A DNA stretch of 4,529 nucleotides from a virus. Lineage: Duplodnaviria; Heunggongvirae; Uroviricota; Caudoviricetes. The position numbers were made by a program, and so were the translations under genes. Positions within the stretch are counted from its first letter, which is position 1, and each line of letters opens with the position of its first letter. The DNA is taken from positions 1 to 4,529 of IMG/VR virus record IMGVR_UViG_3300029060_000152. One strand, given 5' to 3'. Below are positions 1-4,529 of this stretch, piece by piece. The notes below the pieces were generated by a model. That model saw nothing but the letters and a program-made list of their open reading frames with translations, was not told the origin of the DNA and searched no databases.

Positions 1-10
1 AAAGACTCAT
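1..10 (-). CDS. 5' end (3 codons, M-S-L) of the next leftward gene, continuing beyond the window; product unknown (by position, a second replication gene such as a helicase loader)
   Basis: Minus strand reads GGGGG-TAA-TC-ATG-AGT-CTT: ATG at 10..8 lies 2 nt after the TAA stop (15..13) of the upstream replication gene, a typical coupled junction. Only 10 nt are visible, so identity is inferred from operon position. Confidence 0.3.
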
Positions 11-12
11 GA

Positions 13-954
13 TTACCCCCTGAATCCTGCCGGGATCTGGCTGTAGTCCACGTTGTCGTAACTGGCTTTGAAGTACGGGTCTTCGCGTTTTTCGGTGTAC
101 GTGCTTACGGACGGCGATAAGCGCAGGGAAAGCTCATCCCATTTTTCCCGCAGCTTCGACGGGCTGAGCACGTTACGGCACCAGAACGGATCGCGGCTGA
201 CGCGGCTGTACATCTCGCAGATTTGTTTGTGAGTACGACCATCCTGCACACACATCAGGCGAATTTCGTTTGCCCAGGCTGTCCAGTTCGGTTCTTTGGG
301 ACGAACCACCTCGCCGTCACATTCGGCAGCCTGCTCGTACAGGGCGATGATTTTTTTCCAGAGCCACTGTGCGCAGGTCAAATCATCCTGCGTCCCCCAC
401 TGGCGCTTTTTAGGGCTGAATACAACCGCATCAGGATGGCGAGTTAAAAAATCCTGTTCAGCCGTCTGCGTGTCCGGTTGCGAAGCGTCCGGACGAGAAG
501 GTTTTTTATCTGACGGATCATGTTTTGATTTTACTGACGGATCCCCGCCAGATTCTGACGGGTGAAAACCCGCTTTTTTGCCAGATTTCGACGCATCAAA
601 TTTTGACGGGTCAGATTTTGATGCGTCAGATTTTGACGGGTCAGAATCTGACAGTTGAGAAAATGCCGCAGCCTGAAGCTTCGCAACGTTAAGCTGATAA
701 ACATTCGACGCATTGCGGTTACCCTGGCGACGCGCCTTACGCGTTAACCAGCCTTCTGCTTCCAGCCGTGCGATAGCCGTTCTGACTGTACTCATCCCCG
801 CGCCAATCTGGCGGGCAATGGTTTCAATCGATGGCCAGCACACACCTTCGTCATTACTGAAATCAGCCAGGCGGGCCATAATTGCCACGCTGGATAATTT
901 CATGCCTGACGCTGCGCAACCATCCCATACATAGCCGGTTAATTTAGTGCTCAT
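13..954 (-). CDS. Phage replication initiation protein (replisome organizer, O-like role): N-terminal winged-HTH domain, low-complexity Ser/Asp/Pro/Lys linker, C-terminal domain of unknown fold
   Basis: 313-aa ORF with ATG at 954..952 preceded by GAGG (minus strand AGAGGTCGGTCATG). The N-terminal 90 aa (…LSSVAIMARLADFSNDEGVCWPSIETIARQIGAGMSTVRTAIARLEAEGWL…) matches from memory the HTH_36-type domain of phage and plasmid replication initiators. The linker (SDSDPSKSDASKSDPSKFDASKS) is encoded by the iteron array. Last gene of the cro-CII operon, as O is in lambda. Confidence 0.85.
   Translation of the reverse strand: MSTKLTGYVWDGCAASGMKLSSVAIMARLADFSNDEGVCWPSIETIARQIGAGMSTVRTAIARLEAEGWLTRKARRQGNRNASNVYQLNVAKLQAAAFSQLSDSDPSKSDASKSDPSKFDASKSGKKAGFHPSESGGDPSVKSKHDPSDKKPSRPDASQPDTQTAEQDFLTRHPDAVVFSPKKRQWGTQDDLTCAQWLWKKIIALYEQAAECDGEVVRPKEPNWTAWANEIRLMCVQDGRTHKQICEMYSRVSRDPFWCRNVLSPSKLREKWDELSLRLSPSVSTYTEKREDPYFKASYDNVDYSQIPAGFRG
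507..656. repeat. Iteron-like direct repeat array (putative phage origin of replication) inside the replication-initiator gene
   Basis: Five head-to-tail 15-bp units on the + strand: 582..596 cagatttcgacgcat, 597..611 caaattttgacgggt, 612..626 cagattttgatgcgt, 627..641 cagattttgacgggt, 642..656 cagaatctgacagtt. A sixth copy at 549..563 (cagattctgacgggt) and further CTGACGG cores at 509..515 and 534..540. Same layout as lambda ori within the O linker-coding region. Confidence 0.6.
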
Positions 955-1302
955 GACCGACCTCTATTTCCCTGAATTTACGACGAAACTGTTCGAGCGG
1001 ACTGAAGCACTCATGCTCATAGCCTTCGCGGAGGTAGATAACCCGTTGTGTTTCCGGTTCCCAACGAATGACTCTGACGGGCACTCCGTAGTGATCTTTG
1101 AACCAGCGGTTAACTTGTCGCAAAGGACTGTCTCCTTCTGCCGGTTGAAATCCCCCACAGCCCACTCTGCAAAGCTGTGGGTTACAATTTCCCTGTCACC
1201 TGGTACATTCACTGCATAGCAATATTCCACCTTCGCTTTTCCACCCGGTACAGGAAGCGCAATCAGTTGCGAGCGACGGTAGTGTGTTGTTAAACTGTTC
1301 AT
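944..1302 (-). CDS. Small hypothetical protein with a reading-frame switch: N-terminal part in frame A (from ATG 1302), C-terminal part in frame B (ending TAA 946..944); frameshift, indel or assembly error suspected
   Basis: Frame A starts at ATG 1302..1300, overlapping the upstream TGA (ATGA junction), and is protein-like through …HSFAEWAVG, then degrades into an S/N/K-rich tail to 964. Frame B is open only from 1195, has no SD before its first possible start (GTG 1165), yet reads protein-like (…[47 protein letters not shown]…) and ends 11 nt inside the replication gene start. Both frames are open across 964..1195; a G5 run (1152..1156 as ccccc on +) is a plausible indel site. Confidence 0.45.
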
Positions 1303-1862
1303 GCGTTAGTTTCTCCACAACCAGAAGCAATCGACGCCACGACGCCCGGAGCTGCACACTCGCGGGCGTCATTACTTTCTGAAATGCAAAAAATTTTGTA
1401 GACAAGTGCTGCATGCTCCTGCAGCTTCGAAATTGAGAGATACAGCTCGTCGTTAATTGCTGTCTTCTCATGCGGTTCCACTACANNNNNNNNNNNNNNN
1501 NNNNNTGAACGAATCTGTTTTGAATAACTGCCGATCTGTTCAATGACTTCCAGCAGACGCTGGTTAATATCGGCGTTGTCCACATCCTCGACGTCAGGAA
1601 GAGACACAAAGACGCCATTTGCAGACTGCGCCACAGCATCAGCAATGAAATGAGTGCCACCAGCACGCTGTAAAACCATTGCCCATCCCAGCGGGAAAAT
1701 CTGATCGCCATCTGCACGAAGGCGGTTGAATAAAGCGTTTTCTGTTACATCGAGCCAGTCAGCCGCTTCAGCGTAACCACCCGGCAACGCCGCGATAGTT
1801 TTTCTGACAGCTTTCACGTACCACTCAGGTTGTTTTTCCACTTTCCAATGATGCTTACCCAC
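1299..1862 (-). CDS. CII-like phage regulatory protein (resembles the phage 186 CII / Phage_CP76 family from memory); interrupted by an assembly gap, so length and frame continuity are unverified
   Basis: GTG start at 1862..1860 sits 6 nt downstream of a strong SD AGGAGG (+ strand cctcct 1869..1874) and overlaps the cro-like stop (minus strand GTGGGTAA). Second gene of the rightward-type operon, where cII sits in lambdoid phages. The N-terminal segment (…[25 protein letters not shown]…FIADAVAQ…) recalls 186 CII-type proteins. The 20-N gap falls inside the ORF, and 20 is not a multiple of 3, so the apparent in-frame continuity is arbitrary. Confidence 0.55.
   Translation of the reverse strand: MGKHHWKVEKQPEWYVKAVRKTIAALPGGYAEAADWLDVTENALFNRLRADGDQIFPLGWAMVLQRAGGTHFIADAVAQSANGVFVSLPDVEDVDNADINQRLLEVIEQIGSYSKQIRSXXXXXXXVVEPHEKTAINDELYLSISKLQEHAALVYKIFCISESNDARECAAPGVVASIASGCGETNA
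1486..1505. other. Assembly gap (run of 20 N)
   Basis: Twenty consecutive n characters at 1486..1505; the true size of the missing sequence is unknown. Confidence 0.98.
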
Positions 1863-2115
1863 GGCTTACCTCCTGTTCCTGTGGTTTAAACCCATTCTGG
1901 TTTTGGCTAGATTGAAAACGTGCCGGATAAAGAATCTGCATTTCGCTGATTTCACCCTTAAAAAAATTGGCCAGACGTTCTGCAAGATCGATAGATGGAA
2001 TTTGTTCCAGTCTTTCAATACGACTCAGCGTCGCTGGATTGACCTGAACGCCCGCAGCAACATGCTGCAAAGTAAATCCGTGCGCCTTACGCACATTCCG
2101 TAATGGTGATTGCAT
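1855..2115 (-). CDS. cro: Cro-like HTH (XRE-family) transcriptional regulator, first gene of the operon divergent from the repressor
   Basis: 86-aa ORF with ATG at 2115..2113, preceded by SD GGAGG (+ strand cctcc 2120..2124). HTH signature …GFTLQHVAAGVQVNPATLSRIERLEQIPSIDLAERLANFF…. Sits divergent from the CI-like gene across a 97-bp operator-rich spacer. The symbol is a functional analogy, not a sequence identity claim. Confidence 0.8.
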   Translation of the reverse strand: MQSPLRNVRKAHGFTLQHVAAGVQVNPATLSRIERLEQIPSIDLAERLANFFKGEISEMQILYPARFQSSQNQNGFKPQEQEVSRG

Positions 2116-2129
2116 ATAACCTCCACATA

Positions 2130-2212
2130 TTGCGTGATGAGCATATTATTTCACGCAAATATTTTGCGCAAGTTGATTTGCTTAACGCGCAATAAAGAAA
2201 TGTAATAAACGC
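2130..2212. promoter_or_regulatory. OR-like operator and divergent promoter region between the cro-like and cI-like genes
   Basis: TTGCG/CGCAA half-sites: TTGCGTGA 2130..2137 is the inverted repeat of TCACGCAA 2151..2158; palindrome TTGCGCAA 2164..2171; 15-bp site TTGCTTAACGCGCAA 2178..2192. Leftward promoter candidate (minus strand): -35 TTGCGC (+ 2171..2166), 17-bp spacer, -10 TAATAT (+ 2148..2143). Rightward promoter candidate: -35 TTGCTT 2178..2183, 17-bp spacer, -10 TGTAAT 2201..2206, placing the transcript start at or next to the cI ATG (2213). Confidence 0.65.
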
Positions 2213-2905
2213 ATGAACATAGGAAATCGAGTCAGACAACTTCGCCAGGCGAAGAACATGAAAATCGCCGATCTCGCTGAAGCAATAGGAGTGGATGCGG
2301 CGAATATCTCGCGCCTCGAAACAGGTAAGCAGAAACAATTCACTGAACAAGCCCTGAGTAATATTGCCAGGAGCTTAGATGTTGATATTGCTGATCTCTT
2401 TACCTCAGACCTCAAAAGTAATACTGTATGTAAAAACAGTATTAGTGAGGATGTTGCGCAGGTGAAGGATGTATTCCGTATTGAAATGCTGGATGTCAGT
2501 GCCAGTGCGGGAAATGGCCTTATCCAGGGCGGTGATGTCATTGATGTGATTCATGCCATTGAATACAGAACTGATAATGCTGTATCGATGTTTGGTGGAC
2601 GACCAGCAAATCACATTAAAGTTATCAACGTTCGTGGGGACAGTATGTGTCCAACCATTGAGCCAGGAGATCTCATCTTCGTTGATATCAGTATCAATCA
2701 GTTTGATGGGGATGGTATATATGTATTTGGTTTTGATGATAAAATTTACGTCAAACGACTGCAAATGATACCTGATAAACTGCTGGTAATTTCTGATAAT
2801 CAGATTTACCGCGAATGGGGAATTACCAGCGAAAACGAACACCGGTTTATGGTCTTTGGAAAGGTCTTAATCAGTCAGTCACAGACCCTTAAGCGACACA
2901 ATTAA
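2213..2905 (+). CDS. cI: CI-like prophage repressor: N-terminal HTH_XRE DNA-binding domain plus C-terminal LexA/S24-family autopeptidase domain (SOS-inducible)
   Basis: 230-aa ORF. HTH: …VRQLRQAKNMKIADLAEAIGVDAANISRLETGK…. S24 domain with Ser in VRGDSMCPTIEPGDLIFV (Ser144) and Lys in YVKRL (Lys181), the same 37-residue Ser-Lys spacing as LexA, and a candidate Ala-Gly cleavage site at Ala99-Gly100 (DVSASAGNG). No SD upstream of the ATG. Followed by an intrinsic terminator. Confidence 0.9.
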   Translation: MNIGNRVRQLRQAKNMKIADLAEAIGVDAANISRLETGKQKQFTEQALSNIARSLDVDIADLFTSDLKSNTVCKNSISEDVAQVKDVFRIEMLDVSASAGNGLIQGGDVIDVIHAIEYRTDNAVSMFGGRPANHIKVINVRGDSMCPTIEPGDLIFVDISINQFDGDGIYVFGFDDKIYVKRLQMIPDKLLVISDNQIYREWGITSENEHRFMVFGKVLISQSQTLKRHN

Positions 2906-2926
2906 CCCCCTACCTCAACATCAATT

Positions 2927-2950
2927 AGCCACCAGAAGGTGGCTTTTCAT
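2927..2950 (+). terminator. Rho-independent terminator downstream of the cI-like gene
   Basis: Perfect 7-bp stem AGCCACC (2927..2933) / GGTGGCT (2938..2944) with 4-nt loop AGAA, followed by TTTT (2944..2947, the first T shared with the stem), 22 nt after the cI stop codon. Confidence 0.65.
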
Positions 2951-2960
2951 TACCCACCAA

Positions 2961-3014
2961 ATTGCTTATCTCGCAATAAAACACTTGCATAATGCGCAAC
3001 TTCATTTTATCTTT
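2961..3014 (+). promoter_or_regulatory. OL-like operator pair with a candidate rightward early promoter
   Basis: Two 15-bp sites matching the OR copy: TTGCTTATCTCGCAA 2962..2976 and TTGCATAATGCGCAA 2985..2999 (both TTGC-N6-CGCAA). Promoter hexamers are ambiguous: CATAAT at 2988..2993 is a possible -10, or -35 TTGCAT 2986..2991 with -10 TATCTT 3008..3013 (16-bp spacer). Position matches OL/PL in lambdoid phages. Confidence 0.55.
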
Positions 3015-3423
3015 CTCTCCAGACCTACAAACAAGGTACTAACAAAATTTGGTTGTAACACGGCGTATGGCACATGCGTCGTTAGCGGTCTGGGGACGTT
3101 AAAGGGGACAATCCACTCCTTGCTCGGGCAAACAAACCAGGTAGCCGGAATGTGCAAGTCAATGAGGATGCTGATAAGACGCCTAACCAGCGTGGCGATC
3201 CGGTTTGACGCCTGGGAAGAGACCAGGGTGCAACGATGAGGGCATTTATGGAACCGCGACAAAGTGTGGTGCCGTAACTGGCTAAGTGCTCTCAGCGTTG
3301 TGGTAATCCGCGAAATGGCGCGGCGGTAAGTATGGCGGGGTTACTCTTTCCCCGTTGAGGACACCGGATTGTCAGGTTGACCATACGCCTGAGTGACAAC
3401 CCCACCACAACAGCCACTGCTTT

Positions 3424-3470
3424 GGCGGTACCAGTTTGTACACTTGCTTCCGGCTGGTACCGCTCTTTTT
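3424..3470 (+). terminator. Strong hairpin plus T-tract: intrinsic terminator or antitermination-controlled element in the early-left leader; the tail resembles a boxA sequence
   Basis: Perfect 10-bp stem GCGGTACCAG (3425..3434) / CTGGTACCGC (3454..3463) with a 19-nt loop, followed by TCTTTTT (3464..3470). The sequence CGCTCTTTTTACAA (3461..3474) resembles boxA (GCTCTTTAACAA type) as recalled from memory. Confidence 0.5.
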
Positions 3471-3474
3471 ACAA

Positions 3475-3557
3475 AACAGAGAAGAGCATCACCGGACGAC
3501 GGGCTCATAACCCAATCCATCCGGGCGGCAGTCACCGCAGGTGTTCTTCTCTGTTTT
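3475..3557. other. Long imperfect inverted repeat (about 16-bp stem in RNA) of unknown function in the leader of the rightward genes
   Basis: AACAGAGAAGA (3475..3485) is the exact reverse complement of TCTTCTCTGTT (3545..3555). Pairing extends through 3486..3490 / 3540..3544 with two G-U wobbles, enclosing about 49 nt. Flanked by T-rich sequence on both sides. Confidence 0.4.
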
Positions 3558-3607
3558 GTGGAGAAACCAACCGACCTTGCAGGGTCGATATGATGAGGAG
3601 CAGCAAA

Positions 3608-3970
3608 ATGGCTAGCGAACGCAGTACTGATGTGCAGGCATTTATCGGGGAGCTGGACGGCGGCGTATTTGAAACCAAAATCGGCGCTGTTCTCAGTGAA
3701 GTCGCTTCCGGTGTGATGAACACGAAAACCAAAGGTAAGGTCTCGCTCAACCTGGAAATCGAACCATTTGATGAGAACCGTGTGAAAATCAAACACAAAC
3801 TCTCATATGTTCGCCCGACTAACCGCGGGAAAATTTCCGAAGAAGACACCACCGAAACGCCGATGTATGTCAATCGCGGTGGTCGCCTGACTATTCTGCA
3901 GGAAGACCAGGGACAATTACTGACTCTTGCCGGTGAACCTGACGGAAAACTCCGCGCAGCAGGTCATTAA
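3608..3970 (+). CDS. Hypothetical phage early protein, about 120 aa, function unknown (possibly YfdP-like of CPS-53-type prophages; unverified memory)
   Basis: ATG at 3608 is preceded by SD AGGAG (3596..3600) with a 7-nt spacer; in-frame alternative starts are ATG 3590 and 3593. Stop TAA 3968..3970. The ORF-track start at 3377 is a TTG and gives an implausible N-terminal extension. Confidence 0.7.
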   Translation: MASERSTDVQAFIGELDGGVFETKIGAVLSEVASGVMNTKTKGKVSLNLEIEPFDENRVKIKHKLSYVRPTNRGKISEEDTTETPMYVNRGGRLTILQEDQGQLLTLAGEPDGKLRAAGH

Positions 3971-4035
3971 TATCGTTCTTAATTAACCGATTATTTATCT
4001 CATCACTGAATATCTTTATATAGTGAGGACTTATT

Positions 4036-4529
4036 ATGTCTCAGAACTTAGACGCAACCGCAATTAATCAAATCCATGCCCTTATTTCTGCTCAGGGTGT
4101 TAATGAAATTATCAGTAAGATTGGTGCCGATGCTGTGGCATTGCCTGAGAATTTCCGCATTCATGATCTGGAGAAATTTAATTTAAATCGCTTCCGTTTC
4201 CGTGGTGCGCTTTCCACTGCCAGCATCGATGACTTTACCCGTTATTCTAAAGATCTTGCAGATGAAGGCACCCGCTGCTTTATCGATGCCGATAATATGC
4301 GTGCCGTCAGTGTGATTAACCTGGGTACTATTGATGAACCAGGTCACGCAGATAACACCGCCACTCTCAAACTGAAAAAGACAGCACCGTTCTCTGCTCT
4401 GTTGTCTGTTAATGGCGAGCGTAACTCCCAGAAGTCACTGGCAGAATGGATTGAAGACTGGGCCGACTACCTTGTGGGCTTTGATGCTAATGGTGACGCT
4501 ATTCAGGCAACAAAAGCGGCTGCGGCAGT
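4036..4529 (+). CDS. Conserved phage protein of unknown function, 3'-truncated by the window end (resembles the DUF2303 / YfdQ-like family from memory)
   Basis: ATG at 4036 preceded by SD GAGGA (4025..4029) with a 6-nt spacer. Open to the window end (164 codons: [98 protein letters not shown]…). Absent from the ORF track only because it has no stop in the window. Confidence 0.8.
   Translation, partial: MSQNLDATAINQIHALISAQGVNEIISKIGADAVALPENFRIHDLEKFNLNRFRFRGALSTASIDDFTRYSKDLADEGTRCFIDADNMRAVSVINLGTIDEPGHADNTATLKLKKTAPFSALLSVNGERNSQKSLAEWIEDWADYLVGFDANGDAIQATKAAAA

Noticed and set aside
582-656. Tandem 15-bp direct repeats considered as a possible CRISPR array or minisatellite
   Set aside because: The units are contiguous with no spacers, only 15 bp long, and lie in-frame within a coding linker. 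The pattern fits iterons, not CRISPR repeats of 28-37 bp with unique spacers.
223-934. Track ORFs 223..447(+), 296..565(+), 531..713(-) and 713..934(+) lying inside the replication-initiator gene
   Set aside because: All sit in alternative frames or on the opposite strand of a well-supported 313-aa gene with a clear HTH domain. The 531..713 ORF is just the iteron repeats read in another frame (QNLT repeats). None has a convincing start signal.
1140-1170. Programmed -1 ribosomal frameshift site in the small ORF
   Set aside because: No canonical slippery heptamer (X XXY YYZ) with a downstream structure was found at the frame junction. An indel at the G5 homopolymer in a draft assembly is more parsimonious, though programmed recoding is not formally excluded.
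947-1471. Track ORFs 947..1219(+) and 1196..1471(-)
   Set aside because: They are opposite-strand or alternate-frame overlaps of the coupled leftward operon, with no RBS and non-protein-like composition.
1481-1717. Track ORF 1481..1717(-) ending in a run of X residues
   Set aside because: It is an alternate frame of the CII-like gene running into the N gap, an artefact of translating across the gap.
1903-2842. Track ORFs 1903..2103(+), 2087..2350(-), 2182..2541(-), 2405..2842(-) and 2553..2768(+)
   Set aside because: Each is antisense to or out of frame with the strongly supported cro-like and cI-like genes. ORF 2087..2350 would have to run through the operator region and the cI start.
2985-3262. 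Track ORFs 2985..3239(+) and 3002..3262(-) in the structured leader
   Set aside because: Both start with TTG, lack an SD, and give compositionally odd proteins. The + ORF would begin inside the OL-like operator. Treated as non-coding; an N-like antiterminator was looked for specifically, and no arginine-rich N-terminus is present.
3040-3420. tRNA, tmRNA, RNase P RNA or retron msr/msd in the ORF-free segment
   Set aside because: No T-loop (GGTTCGAATCC-like) or cloverleaf arrangement was found, there is no recognisable similarity to tmRNA or RNase P RNA from memory, and no reverse-transcriptase gene is adjacent as a retron would require.
3341-3873. Track ORFs 3341..3796(-), 3393..3593(+), 3532..3873(-) and the 3377 N-terminal extension of the 3608 gene
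   Set aside because: The minus-strand ORFs are antisense to the SD-supported gene at 3608..3970. The 3377 start is a TTG without an RBS and adds a non-protein-like 77-aa extension across the hairpins.

Overview
This window reads as the immunity and early-replication region of a lambdoid temperate prophage in an enterobacterial draft assembly (20-N gap at 1486..1505). A leftward operon of translationally coupled genes runs cro-like (2115->1855), CII-like (1862->1299, interrupted by the gap), a small ORF whose frame switches (1302->944), and an HTH-type replication initiator (954->13) carrying a 15-bp iteron array inside its own coding sequence; a further gene starts at 10. Divergent from cro is a CI-like repressor (2213..2905, HTH plus LexA/S24 autopeptidase domain) with no Shine-Dalgarno, apparently leaderless. 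A 15-bp motif TTGCnnnnnnCGCAA occurs once between cI and cro and twice just downstream of the cI terminator, consistent with OR-like and OL-like operators. Between the OL-like sites and the next rightward gene lies about 600 bp with no credible ORF but two strong RNA hairpins and a boxA-like sequence. Two rightward genes of unknown function follow (3608..3970; 4036..4529, partial). I did not find a clearly novel protein-encoding system; the most unexplained element is the ORF-free structured segment 3000..3607. All calls come from reading the sequence and from memory of protein families; no database search was run.
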